From Candidatus Thorarchaeota archaeon (GTDB lineage Archaea > Asgardarchaeota > Heimdallarchaeia > Heimdallarchaeales > Heimdallarchaeaceae): DNA of 54,936 nt. The notes below the pieces were generated by a model. That model was not told the DNA's origin and made no database searches. It saw only the letters and a list, made by a program, of their open reading frames with translations. The first letter of the stretch is position 1. Each line of letters begins with the position of its first letter. Positions 17,624 through 27,518 of the stretch are shown piece by piece. Location of the stretch: contig JBHLQZ010000001.1 in assembly GCA_048883065.1 (NCBI GenBank), positions 1 through 54,936 of the forward strand, written 5' to 3'. The position numbers and the translations under genes were made by a program.

Positions 17624-19594
17624 ATGCCATTAGATATAGAGACTCCACTAGAACCGAAAGGGGATCAACCCAAAGCAATCCAACAGTTAGTAGATGGAAT
17701 AAAGAATAATAAATTTCAAACATTGCTTGGAGTAACAGGTAGTGGAAAAACCTACACCATGGCTAAAGTTATTGATGCTATAAAAAAATCCACATTAATA
17801 ATCGGACCAAATAAGACTCTTGTAGCTCAACTATTTGGTGAATTTAAAACACTGTTTCCTTCTGCTAGTGTAAATTATTATGTTAGTTTTTATGATTACT
17901 ATCAACCAGAAGCATATTTACCTTCCAAGGATTTGTATATAGAGAAAGATGTAGATATTAACGAAGAAATCGAGAGATTACGTCATACTTCGCTTGAAGC
18001 ATTAGCTACTAGAGATGATGTAATAGTTTGCGCTACTGTCTCTTGTATTTATGGTACTGGTCCTCCTGAAATATATCGCTCTAGAAGAATTGCATTGGCA
18101 CTTGGAGACACACTTGACAGGCAAGATTTAATGATGGAGCTAGTAAAAAACCAGTACGAAAGAAATGATGTTAATCTTGAACGTAAATGCTTCAGAGTTA
18201 GAGGGGATTCAGTAGACATCTTTCCTTTGTACGGGGATTATATTTATCGTATTGAATTCTTTGGTGATGAAATTGAACGTTTAACAGCTCGTCATCCTGT
18301 AACTGGAGAGAAAATAAAAGATTATGATTACCTTTCAATCTTTCCAGGTACTCAATATCTTGCAAACGATGCATTCTTCGAAACAGCTTTAGAGGATATA
18401 AAATTAGAACTAGACATGCGTTTAGCAGAACTAGAAAAAGAAGGCAAAGTAATAGAGAAACATAGGTTGAGACAAAGAACGTTATACGATTTAGAGCTTC
18501 TAAGAGAAACTGGAGGTTGTCCAGGCATTGAAAACTATTCACGTCATTTTGATAGAAGAAAAACAGGAGAGAAACCCTATTCCCTACTAGATCACTTCCC
18601 AGACGATTTCCTATTGTTTATCGATGAATCTCACCTAACAATCCCTCAGTTAAGAGGAATGTATGCAGGAGATTATTCCCGAAAAAATAATTTGGTTACT
18701 TATGGGTTCAGACTTCCTTCGGCTTTTGATAATCGTCCTTTCAAATTTGAAGAAACAGAAAAATATATGAAGAAAACGATATTCACAAGCGCAACTCCTG
18801 GTCCATATGAGTATAATGTATCTACTCAGATTGTTGAGCAGATAATTAGACCTACTGGATTAATAGATCCTAAGATTGAAGTAAGAGGTACAGATAATCA
18901 AATCACGGATTTACTGAGTGAAATAAATCAAAGAACAAGCAAAGGAGAAAGAGTTTTGGTAACAACCTTAACTAAACAAAGCGCAGAGATGCTATCAGAT
19001 TATCTTCTTGATATGAAGGTTAAATCTGTTTATTTACATCATGAAGTAGATACTTTAGAAAGAATTGATATTTTAAGAGATCTTAGATTAGGTAAATATG
19101 ATGTTGTGGTTGGAATAAATCTTCTTCGCGAAGGTTTGGATTTACCTGAAGTTGCGCTTGTAGCAGTATTGGATGCTGACAAAGAAGGCTTTCTCCGTTC
19201 CAAAACATCACTTATCCAGTTAATGGGAAGAGCAAGCAGAAATGTTCATGGTAGTGTCATTCTATATGCTGATAATCTTACAGATTCAATGATGCAAGCT
19301 ATTACAGAAAACAATAGAAGAAGACAAATACAAAAAGAGTATAATGAAAAGTATGGCATTACACCTAAAACAATTAGTAAAGAAGTTAAATCAATCGTTG
19401 AAACATTGATGCAAGTAACACCAAAAGAGGAAGAAAAAATAGAAATTCCAGAGGATTTAACTAGTGATGATATCGTATATGTAATTGAAGATCTAAAAAT
19501 AAAAATGGCAGAAGCTGCAGGAACACTTGATTTCGAAAAGGCAGCAATTTACCGAGATAAAATAAAAGAACTTGAAAAAATGGTGTCGAATTAA
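17624..19594 (+). CDS. uvrB: Excinuclease ABC subunit B
   Basis: Walker A GVTGSGKTYTMA, DESH box FIDESHLTIPQ, helicase motifs LREGLDLPEV and GRASRN, and a C-terminal UVR motif FEKAAIYRDKIKELE. GGTGA SD-like motif 8 nt upstream. Confidence 0.95.
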   Translation: MPLDIETPLEPKGDQPKAIQQLVDGIKNNKFQTLLGVTGSGKTYTMAKVIDAIKKSTLIIGPNKTLVAQLFGEFKTLFPSASVNYYVSFYDYYQPEAYLPSKDLYIEKDVDINEEIERLRHTSLEALATRDDVIVCATVSCIYGTGPPEIYRSRRIALALGDTLDRQDLMMELVKNQYERNDVNLERKCFRVRGDSVDIFPLYGDYIYRIEFFGDEIERLTARHPVTGEKIKDYDYLSIFPGTQYLANDAFFETALEDIKLELDMRLAELEKEGKVIEKHRLRQRTLYDLELLRETGGCPGIENYSRHFDRRKTGEKPYSLLDHFPDDFLLFIDESHLTIPQLRGMYAGDYSRKNNLVTYGFRLPSAFDNRPFKFEETEKYMKKTIFTSATPGPYEYNVSTQIVEQIIRPTGLIDPKIEVRGTDNQITDLLSEINQRTSKGERVLVTTLTKQSAEMLSDYLLDMKVKSVYLHHEVDTLERIDILRDLRLGKYDVVVGINLLREGLDLPEVALVAVLDADKEGFLRSKTSLIQLMGRASRNVHGSVILYADNLTDSMMQAITENNRRRQIQKEYNEKYGITPKTISKEVKSIVETLMQVTPKEEEKIEIPEDLTSDDIVYVIEDLKIKMAEAAGTLDFEKAAIYRDKIKELEKMVSN

Positions 19595-21387
19595 TGAGTC
19601 TTTTTTCAGACTTAGAGGAATTACCAGATGATCCAGGTGTTTATTTAGTAAAAGACAAAGAAGACAAGGTAATATATATTGGAAAAGCAAAGAGTCTAAA
19701 AAAAAGAGTAAAACAGCATTTTCAAGCTGTCTCACTACCAAGGGAAGAAAAACTTCAAGAATTAGCTACTCGGATAGATTGGATTTTAACGAGAAACGAA
19801 TCAGAAGCTCTAATTCTAGAAGAGAAACTTGTGAAACAACTATCACCTAAATTGAATAGCATGTTAAAAGATGACAAATCAAATCTTCTAATTTGTATAA
19901 CTTTGGTTGAAAAATATCCTCAACTTCTGATAGTTAGAGAAACAGATTCAAGGAATGAAAAAAACATCTATTTTGGACCTTTTCCAAGTAACATAATGCT
20001 TAGACAAACAGTCAAACTTGTTTTAAGATTGTTTCCTATATGTAACTGCGGAAAAAACGTTGAGAATTTAAGAATAAAAAAATCCTCAATTAGATGCATG
20101 AGAGAAAGATTAGATAGATGTTTGGCTCCTTGTAAAAACGATATTTCCCCAAACGAATACATCAAAACTGTGAAAAATGTCATCTCATTCTTAAATGGAG
20201 ATGTAGCTGATCTTTTAGATAATCTTGAAAAAGAAATGTGGTCTGCGTCTGAAGAAGCTAATTTTGAAAGAGCTAAAAATATTCGAGATCTTATTCAGTC
20301 TGTAAGGACAATACTTAATCTGCAAGAGGATTTACATTCTAAAATCAAGAATATTGATGTTCTAGCATTTGAAGAAGAAGAACCAAACTTAGCATTTTGT
20401 AAGCTAGAAATACGCAATCATAGAGTTCAGAATGTTAAAAATTATATCACAACAAGAAGTGAAAAAATCCTTTTTAAGACTTTAAGTGAGGTTTTAGTAT
20501 TCATATATGGAACAAGTGAATCAATTAAAAGCATTTTAATCAATGATGATTTTACAAAACGTTTTAATCCTAATATTGATATAAAAATAGTTTTCCCTAA
20601 AGATGATACAAGCAACCAATTAGTTGAAATTGCAAAGAAAAACGCAAGAACAGAGCTCTTAAAGTTTCTAAGAGATATTCAATATGAAAAAGATTCAAGT
20701 TTAGTTCTCAAAGAAATGAAAGAACTCTTTCAGTTAATTGAAGAACCTAAAATAATACACGGTTTTGATATATCAACTCTGAAAGGCCAACTTTCAGTTG
20801 GTTCTTGTGTTACTTTCGTTGATGGTCAACCTAAGAAAAACCTGTATAGGCGATTTCGTATCAGAGGTTCTTATACAGATCCTGATGATTATGCAATGAT
20901 GGAGGAAGTAATAAAAAGAAAATATAGTTCTGGTGTTCTGAAATCTGATCCTTTACCTAACCTTCTAATAATTGATGGAGGTAAGGGACAATTGAATACT
21001 GCTTTAAAAGTATTGAAAAAAATAAGCCTTAGTATTCCTGTAATAAGTATAGCTAAGAAGAAAGAGGAGATATATGTAGAGTGGTCAGATTTACCAATAA
21101 CTCTCGATCAAGATTCTTTTGTACTAAAATTAGTTCAAAATGTAAGAGATGAAGCACATAGATTCGCAATTAGTTATCACAAAACTCTAAGAGCAAGAAC
21201 AGTTACAAGCTCTAATTTTGAAAAAATTAAGGGAATAGGGAAAGCTAAAGTCTTTCTCTTGTTCCAAGAGTATCAAAACATAAAAAACATTGCTTCTGCA
21301 AATATCGAAGAAATAATGAAACTTATTTCAGTTAATGAAAAAATTGCCAAAGAAGTTATTGAAACTGCAAAGAGAAGTAGTAAATAG
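19594..21387 (+). CDS. uvrC: Excinuclease ABC subunit C
   Basis: GIY-YIG block PGVYLVKDKEDKVIYIGKAKSLKKRV, UVR motif FERAKNIRDLIQ, C-terminal endonuclease block EAHRFAISYH, and HhH IKGIGKAK. TAATG overlap with the uvrB stop. Confidence 0.92.
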   Translation: MSLFSDLEELPDDPGVYLVKDKEDKVIYIGKAKSLKKRVKQHFQAVSLPREEKLQELATRIDWILTRNESEALILEEKLVKQLSPKLNSMLKDDKSNLLICITLVEKYPQLLIVRETDSRNEKNIYFGPFPSNIMLRQTVKLVLRLFPICNCGKNVENLRIKKSSIRCMRERLDRCLAPCKNDISPNEYIKTVKNVISFLNGDVADLLDNLEKEMWSASEEANFERAKNIRDLIQSVRTILNLQEDLHSKIKNIDVLAFEEEEPNLAFCKLEIRNHRVQNVKNYITTRSEKILFKTLSEVLVFIYGTSESIKSILINDDFTKRFNPNIDIKIVFPKDDTSNQLVEIAKKNARTELLKFLRDIQYEKDSSLVLKEMKELFQLIEEPKIIHGFDISTLKGQLSVGSCVTFVDGQPKKNLYRRFRIRGSYTDPDDYAMMEEVIKRKYSSGVLKSDPLPNLLIIDGGKGQLNTALKVLKKISLSIPVISIAKKKEEIYVEWSDLPITLDQDSFVLKLVQNVRDEAHRFAISYHKTLRARTVTSSNFEKIKGIGKAKVFLLFQEYQNIKNIASANIEEIMKLISVNEKIAKEVIETAKRSSK

Positions 21388-21455
21388 TTGTTTCTTCGAA
21401 AAAAATAAAACAATATGTATAAAAGTAGTTATCACATAAATAAATTGGTGATATA

Positions 21456-22325
21456 ATGAAAAAAGCATTTTTAGCAAACGGGGTTCTATTAATCATATTA
21501 TCCCTAACATTCATTACTCCCACAAATGCTGCAACAATTTGGGGTATTGAAGCAGACGTAGAATATGAATTTGAATTAAAATCATTTAAAATAGGAATTA
21601 CGGATTATTCAGCAATTTTGAAAGAGAATGTGTCTTTTATTGTAGAATTTACTAGTCTGACAGATATTGGGTATAGTTATGATGTTTACAATTCTACAGG
21701 CTTAATGACTACAAATACTACAAATTTCTTAGAGACTGAAGTTGAATTAGTAACTGTAACTTTACCAGATGGATTACCAATAGCTTTACCTTTAGCAATA
21801 GGTACAATTCCTGATTATCTAGACTACTTCGGTGATTTCGTGAATGCAACATCTTCAATGTCTATTTTTGAGGATTTAGTTGTGAATGTCACAGAATTTC
21901 TGAATATCACTTATATGTATTCATACTCTCAATTGAATGAAAATTATTTGATACTTAAAACTGATCTATTCGCACCTACCGTTAATGAGACAGTTCTTGA
22001 AGCACTAACTGGTGAAACTGGTGGTTTTATGCCACTCCCTACAAATATTACTGACCTAAAGCTAAACGCTACAATAGCATATAATGCAACATCAGGATTA
22101 TTTAAACAACTATCAATTAAGATCCGTTCATTGTCTCATATTGGTGACTTTACAGAGGATTTTAATGTAGATGTAGTTTATGGTCTTCATGTAGAGGAAG
22201 TAGTTATCCCAACACCAACACCTACTCCAACACCAACAGACGATACATCTTATTCTTGGTTTATTCCAACAGTATTAGTATTAACTCTACTTACGAGTAT
22301 CAAGCTAAAAAGAAAGAAACAATAA
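21456..22325 (+). CDS. Secreted, C-terminally membrane-anchored surface protein rich in N-glycosylation sequons
   Basis: N-terminal signal-like segment LANGVLLIILSLTFITPTNA. About 11 NxS/T sequons. A (PT)5 linker, then a C-terminal TM helix plus the basic tail KLKRKKQ. Confidence 0.6.
   Translation: MKKAFLANGVLLIILSLTFITPTNAATIWGIEADVEYEFELKSFKIGITDYSAILKENVSFIVEFTSLTDIGYSYDVYNSTGLMTTNTTNFLETEVELVTVTLPDGLPIALPLAIGTIPDYLDYFGDFVNATSSMSIFEDLVVNVTEFLNITYMYSYSQLNENYLILKTDLFAPTVNETVLEALTGETGGFMPLPTNITDLKLNATIAYNATSGLFKQLSIKIRSLSHIGDFTEDFNVDVVYGLHVEEVVIPTPTPTPTPTDDTSYSWFIPTVLVLTLLTSIKLKRKKQ
22208..22237 (+). repeat. In-frame (CCA/CCT ACA/ACT)5 repeat encoding PTPTPTPTPT
   Basis: ccaacaccaacacctactccaacaccaaca, read directly. 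Confidence 0.9.
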
Positions 22326-22333
22326 TTCCTCTC

Positions 22334-22341
22334 TTTTTTTT
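22334..22341 (+). terminator. Oligo-T tract (T8) 9 nt after the stop codon
   Basis: ctcTTTTTTTTc lies downstream of the TAA at 22323-22325. Confidence 0.35.
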
Positions 22342-22393
22342 CTTTAAGTACAAATGTTTTTTAAGTAATTTATTGAGTTCTTAATGAAAAAAA

Positions 22394-23509
22394 GTGAGTC
22401 TTAAAAGAGAAGAATATGTAATCTTGAAACACATTCTGAAAGAACCAGTTATACCTTACAGTAAACTTGCAGAAAAAAGTGATTTATCACCTCCTACTGT
22501 TAAAAAAAGGATTGAAATTCTTCTCAAAGATAAAGTTATAAAAAGTTTTCATGCGGAATATCATTCTGAATCACTGGGTCTTGAAAGCCATATCTTTCTT
22601 TTACGAGTTGATTCAATAGATAAATACAGAATAGTAGAAAGAATTCTAGATTATCATCCATATCTAGTTGTAAGACAAAGATGTTATGGGGGGATAACTG
22701 GGATTTTCTTAAAAGTACACATTCCTTCTGGATCCATAAATAAATTCCTAAGTTTTCTAAATTATTTGAAAGATAATGATTTGATTGTTGAAATAGTACA
22801 TTCAACAACCATTGGAAGAGGTATTAAAACAAGAATAGATTTATCATATTGGGATCCTCAGAACAGAAGATGGACGTTTAAGTGGGATATATGGAAAAAA
22901 AACATAGATAGTGTGGATTATATCCCGCAATTTGATTACTTCCAAAGAATATCAAGAGAAAAACCTAAGAATGTTCTAAAAAACTTGAACTATATTGATT
23001 TTCAAATACTAGAACAATTAGTAAGGGATCCTACTCAGAAATATGTTAACCTTTCAAAACAACTCCATATTCCCCAATACACAATTTCTAGGCACAAAAA
23101 ATTCCTTAGTAAATACGTCATTCGAAACTATTTAGTAGATTTTGACAAATCATTCTTTGGTCTTGAAGACGAACTAGTATTCAAAGCAATTTGCAGTCAA
23201 AGAGCTATGTCTAAAATAATTTATCTCCTTCAAAATCTGGATTTACCTTTTGAGTCTGATTTTCGTGATACAGAAAAAGGTTTTCTCTGGAAGATTTTAT
23301 TACCACCAAAAGATAAATTGGAATTAATTAATCTCTTATGGTCTTTATTTCCTGATCTTCAAATAATGATGCTAGACCCTCAAACAACAGTAACTAAACT
23401 GTTCAATCCTGATAATTATTCTTTTGTTGACCAATCTTGGAAAGATTCTGAAGAATATATGGTTAACCAAGTTCTAGAAAAAGCAAGAGTAGAATTAATA
23501 ATTGCATGA
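22394..23509 (+). CDS. Transcriptional regulator with two Lrp/AsnC-type winged-helix HTH modules
   Basis: N-terminal YVILKHILKEPVIPYSKLAEKSDLSPPTVKKRIEILLKDKVI and a second module near aa 200, IDFQILEQLVRDPTQKYVNLSKQLHIPQYTISRHKKFL. GTG start. Confidence 0.6.
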   Translation: MSLKREEYVILKHILKEPVIPYSKLAEKSDLSPPTVKKRIEILLKDKVIKSFHAEYHSESLGLESHIFLLRVDSIDKYRIVERILDYHPYLVVRQRCYGGITGIFLKVHIPSGSINKFLSFLNYLKDNDLIVEIVHSTTIGRGIKTRIDLSYWDPQNRRWTFKWDIWKKNIDSVDYIPQFDYFQRISREKPKNVLKNLNYIDFQILEQLVRDPTQKYVNLSKQLHIPQYTISRHKKFLSKYVIRNYLVDFDKSFFGLEDELVFKAICSQRAMSKIIYLLQNLDLPFESDFRDTEKGFLWKILLPPKDKLELINLLWSLFPDLQIMMLDPQTTVTKLFNPDNYSFVDQSWKDSEEYMVNQVLEKARVELIIA

Positions 23510-23553
23510 CAATCCATCGCGTCTATTATTAATCAGCAAATATCTTCATGCTT

Positions 23554-26463
23554 TTAAACTATAGCACGAAGTTCATTTATTATTTCATGTTTCATCTGTT
23601 TTCTTAAGATTGGTATGAGTCCTATCATGGCAGCAGCAAATAACGTAACAAACATTATAATAAACGGAACGACATCAATGAATATCGCTAAAGAGACTAC
23701 TTCTCTTGAGATAATTAAAGGTTTAATGAATACTAGCAGCACTGTTGTTAGTATCAATCCTAAAATGAATCCAATTATTACTGTAGTAGTCATAAATATT
23801 AATATTTCAGATATTATCATTTTTCTTATATCTTGTTGTTTTCCACCTAAAGCTAGCATTACAGCATTCTCTCGTCTACGCTGTTCCAATATAAAATCTG
23901 TTGAAATTATGATATAAACTACCCCTATAACGTTGAGAAATATTGCCCCTAACAATAAAGAAACTGCTACTGGAGGAATATAATCAACAAGGAAATATCC
24001 TATATACTCAGGATTAATAGGTGTTGGATTTATCACTACTAAAGGATTAATCTCTTTTATTTGCTCAATAATTTGTTCCACGTCAGCATTCTCTTTAATT
24101 GAAGCAAAAAATAGAGTACTATTCTTCTGTTCAATCATCTGAAGAAAGTAATTTTCATTGATTAGCGCCCATTCGTTTGTGATTCTATTCATTTTTGGAT
24201 CATGACCATGAGCTACACCCAATCCTGGAGCAGAGCTTATTATTGATGTCAATCTAAAATCAACATAAAATGGTCCTCCTCTAAAAGATGTAATGGATAA
24301 TATTTGACCAAGAGAGAATTCAAGTCTGTCAACCACAAAGTCACTTAATATAACGCCCTCCTCCTCATTTGCAAGGGCTGTTAATCCTTCTTCTGCCGTC
24401 ATTCCAACAAAACTATTATCTAACCACATACCAATCCGTAAGTATTTGAGGGGATCAATTCCGAATACTTCCACATCTTGAAATCCAACCGTTGCTTTAG
24501 CTGTATAAAAACCAATTGATTCATTTATGCCTTCTATATTAGTTAATAAATTCTCAAAATCTGTTATGTTAACTGGAATCACGGTATCAATTCTTAAATC
24601 AGCTCCTTCTCGATACTCATTTTCTAAAATATTATTTTTTATTGTTGAAGAACGGATCGTAAGGAAAGAGGTTAATAGACAGATTATTAAGATTAAGAAG
24701 AAAGTAGTATCAGTAAAGCTTTTCCTATATCTTCTAATGTTTTTAATAATGAAGAATTTGCTATTTTTAAATATTAAAGAAAGGATAACTTCACTCTTCT
24801 TTAAGAGATAATTTATGCCTAAAGAGACAAAATAGCAAGTAAAGAATATTATTCCAACAAAAAGATAAAGAGAATTAGAACTAGCAGTAATTAATGAAAG
24901 GTTAAAAGTAAAACTTTCTTGTTCAAGTTTTAAATAGTCTAATAGAAGAAATATAAAACCTGCAATAGTAAGAGCAAATGCTGCGATTTTAAGACCCATA
25001 GTTAAAAATTGTTGACCTTTACGAGTGACTAACAACGATTCTTGAATGTCTTTTCTTACAAATGTAATTACATTTAGAAGTGTCCAACCAAGATATATTC
25101 CGAGGACTAATATCGAGAAGATTTCAATGTCATAGAAGGACATTTCAAGCTCACTCAGATATCTCACAAAAAGCGATGTGTTAAAAACACTATTATGTCC
25201 TACAGACGGAATTATCGCCGCTATCAGGATTCCCGTTCCAATACTGATAACTAGTGAGACAATACTAATAAAAAGAAATTCCCCAAAGAAAATTCCTATA
25301 ATTTGACTACTAACAGCTCCTTTTGATCTAAGAAAAGCTATTTCTTCTCTTCTCCTTCTAACTGTCATATGAGATGATAATATCGTAAGAACAACAGCTG
25401 TAGCTATTGTTGGTATAAATAGTGTAGTTGAAGCAAATGATCTTTTATACTCTTCTGTCATAGTTTGGATCTCTTGAGATAAAATATAGCAAAACGCATG
25501 AAAGAATCTAATTTCGATTCTTTCTCTTAGTGCAAGTAGATTATCAGGCATTGAAGTTATACCATCAATTCTAAGTTGTTGAGGATCTGTTTTTACTAGA
25601 AGTCTTGGAAGAATTCCCCATCCATCCATAATGAACAAGTCTAACGAAGTTAAATCTTCAATTGGGAAAAAGATAGAATCAACTATCGTTCCTCCTGAAC
25701 CTGATGTTCCCCCTCCTAGTAATCTGTCAATTACTGTGTTGTGTCCAACATATTTATAGATACCAGCAACTGTATAATTGTAAAATTTCGTTTCATCTAT
25801 ATCATAATGAAGCATGTAAATCTCTCCCTCATCAGTATTGGGAATTCTTCTTGTAATTGCTACATCAATCTTATAACCTGGTACTACGGTTTCGTTGAAA
25901 ATTGACTCTAACTGTTTTGCTTGAGTATAACTTATTAAAATCTCTCCTGAATTCAACTCACTTTTTCCTTCTATCTCTAGATTTAACTTTATTCTATTTA
26001 GAGAACGGGATGACACTACAAAACCAGCAGATAAGGACAAGGGATTAGTCATGTTGTCTTGATCATCTTCTGGGTACCATCTATACGTATCATTCTTATC
26101 ATCAAAATTGAATAAAGCAACTGACGGGTATAACCAATCTACTTGCTCTACCACTTGATCTTGTGAAACATATGTGTAAACTTCATCCATTGAGTGTGTT
26201 AAGAAAGATGTTACATACATCTCGTAATCTAAAGTTTCAATATAATCATCTGCAATAATTTTCTCTGAAGTGTGAGTCCATATAGATGATGTATAAAGAA
26301 TTGAAAGCGAGAAAATCAAACCTAGAATTACAATTATAGTGCTTCTCTTTCTATTACTTATATTCTTTAGAATTAAGCGAATATTGAATGAAAAAACATA
26401 GAGAACTTTTCTAAAAAATGGTTCATCGTTTTCAGTGTCTTTAATAATGTCGGGATCTGTCAT
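23554..26463 (-). CDS. ABC transporter permease with two FtsX/MacB-type modules (969 aa)
   Basis: The pattern N-terminal TM, large hydrophilic domain and 3-TM FtsX-like block (REEIAFLRSKGAVSSQI; RRENAVMLALGGKQQDI) occurs twice. 4-nt overlap with the upstream ATPase gene. Confidence 0.8.
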   Translation of the reverse strand: MTDPDIIKDTENDEPFFRKVLYVFSFNIRLILKNISNRKRSTIIVILGLIFSLSILYTSSIWTHTSEKIIADDYIETLDYEMYVTSFLTHSMDEVYTYVSQDQVVEQVDWLYPSVALFNFDDKNDTYRWYPEDDQDNMTNPLSLSAGFVVSSRSLNRIKLNLEIEGKSELNSGEILISYTQAKQLESIFNETVVPGYKIDVAITRRIPNTDEGEIYMLHYDIDETKFYNYTVAGIYKYVGHNTVIDRLLGGGTSGSGGTIVDSIFFPIEDLTSLDLFIMDGWGILPRLLVKTDPQQLRIDGITSMPDNLLALRERIEIRFFHAFCYILSQEIQTMTEEYKRSFASTTLFIPTIATAVVLTILSSHMTVRRRREEIAFLRSKGAVSSQIIGIFFGEFLFISIVSLVISIGTGILIAAIIPSVGHNSVFNTSLFVRYLSELEMSFYDIEIFSILVLGIYLGWTLLNVITFVRKDIQESLLVTRKGQQFLTMGLKIAAFALTIAGFIFLLLDYLKLEQESFTFNLSLITASSNSLYLFVGIIFFTCYFVSLGINYLLKKSEVILSLIFKNSKFFIIKNIRRYRKSFTDTTFFLILIICLLTSFLTIRSSTIKNNILENEYREGADLRIDTVIPVNITDFENLLTNIEGINESIGFYTAKATVGFQDVEVFGIDPLKYLRIGMWLDNSFVGMTAEEGLTALANEEEGVILSDFVVDRLEFSLGQILSITSFRGGPFYVDFRLTSIISSAPGLGVAHGHDPKMNRITNEWALINENYFLQMIEQKNSTLFFASIKENADVEQIIEQIKEINPLVVINPTPINPEYIGYFLVDYIPPVAVSLLLGAIFLNVIGVVYIIISTDFILEQRRRENAVMLALGGKQQDIRKMIISEILIFMTTTVIIGFILGLILTTVLLVFIKPLIISREVVSLAIFIDVVPFIIMFVTLFAAAMIGLIPILRKQMKHEIINELRAIV

Positions 26464-27212
26464 TTTACATCACGGTTTGCTTTGTATTCAAAGATAATAT
26501 TATCGTAATCAATTTCTTTTATATTGGTTGCTTCTATTTCCGAGATAATTCCTTTCTGGATAATTAACAATCTTGTAGCAATTCTCGCTAAGTATGGATC
26601 ATGAGTAGTATAAATCATAGTCATCTTGTTTTTCTTAGAAAGATCTAGAAGTAAGTTCATAATAATGTCTCCAGATTTACTGTCTAAGGTCCCAGTAGGT
26701 TCATCAGCTATTAGAATTGATGGAGAATTAGCTACAGCTCTTGCTACACATACTCTTTGTTTTTCTCCAGAACTAAGCTCTTCTGGATGATTCAGTGCTT
26801 TAGTTCCCAAACCAACTTTATTTAAGAGTTCAAGTGCTATTTCTTTAGCTTCCTCCTCTCCTTTTTTCATAAGTAGTATGGGTACCATAACATTTTCTAG
26901 AGCTGTCAAATGTTCCATAAGGTGAAAATCTTGAAAAATAAAACCTATTTCTCTGAGTCTATAATCATATAAATCAGTTGTATCCCATTTACTTATATCT
27001 TCTCCTCCATAGGATATTTTTCCTGATGTAGGTTTATCTATGCCTGCTAATAAATTAAGAGTTGTAGTTTTACCTGAGCCAGAAGTTCCTAAAAGGCATA
27101 CAATCTCCCCTTTTTCAATCTGGAAACTTGTTCCACGTAGAACAGTTAAATCTTCTGCTTTAGAAGTAAAAACTTTAAACAGATTGTCAATAGATATGAA
27201 AGTCTCGCCCAT
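26460..27212 (-). CDS. ABC transporter ATP-binding protein (MacB/LolD-type)
   Basis: Walker A GTSGSGKTT, signature LSSGEKQR, Walker B LIADEPTG, H-loop THD. Confidence 0.9.
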   Translation of the reverse strand: MGETFISIDNLFKVFTSKAEDLTVLRGTSFQIEKGEIVCLLGTSGSGKTTTLNLLAGIDKPTSGKISYGGEDISKWDTTDLYDYRLREIGFIFQDFHLMEHLTALENVMVPILLMKKGEEEAKEIALELLNKVGLGTKALNHPEELSSGEKQRVCVARAVANSPSILIADEPTGTLDSKSGDIIMNLLLDLSKKNKMTMIYTTHDPYLARIATRLLIIQKGIISEIEATNIKEIDYDNIIFEYKANRDVK

Positions 27213-27257
27213 GTAACCAACAATTACTTTTTCTAAACACTTAAATTATTTTGGATT

Positions 27258-27425
27258 TTAAGCTAATAGCTCAATTAGATACCAAATAACCACGACTATG
27301 AAAATAAACAAAATACCTAAAAATATTTTTCCTCGATCTCTTCCTCTAACTTCTTCTGTGTCTGAATTCAGAGTATCATCTAAATTCTCATCATTTATTT
27401 CTGTTTTTTCACTCTCTGGTTCCAT
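27258..27425 (-). CDS. Possible 55-aa small membrane protein (below the ORF-track cutoff)
   Basis: Manual translation gives MEPESEKTEINDENLDDTLNSDTEEVRGRDRGKIFLGILFIFIVVVIWYLIELLA: an acidic N-terminus plus a single TM helix. Lies 45 nt upstream of the ABC ATPase on the same strand. Confidence 0.3.
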   Translation of the reverse strand: MEPESEKTEINDENLDDTLNSDTEEVRGRDRGKIFLGILFIFIVVVIWYLIELLA

Positions 27426-27518
27426 TAATTTTCCTCTGTTATTCTGGTTATTTATTATGTATCAGAGTTAATGATATTTGTTTCTTTTCTTCTTTATATT
27501 TTTAACTCATTTAAAGAA

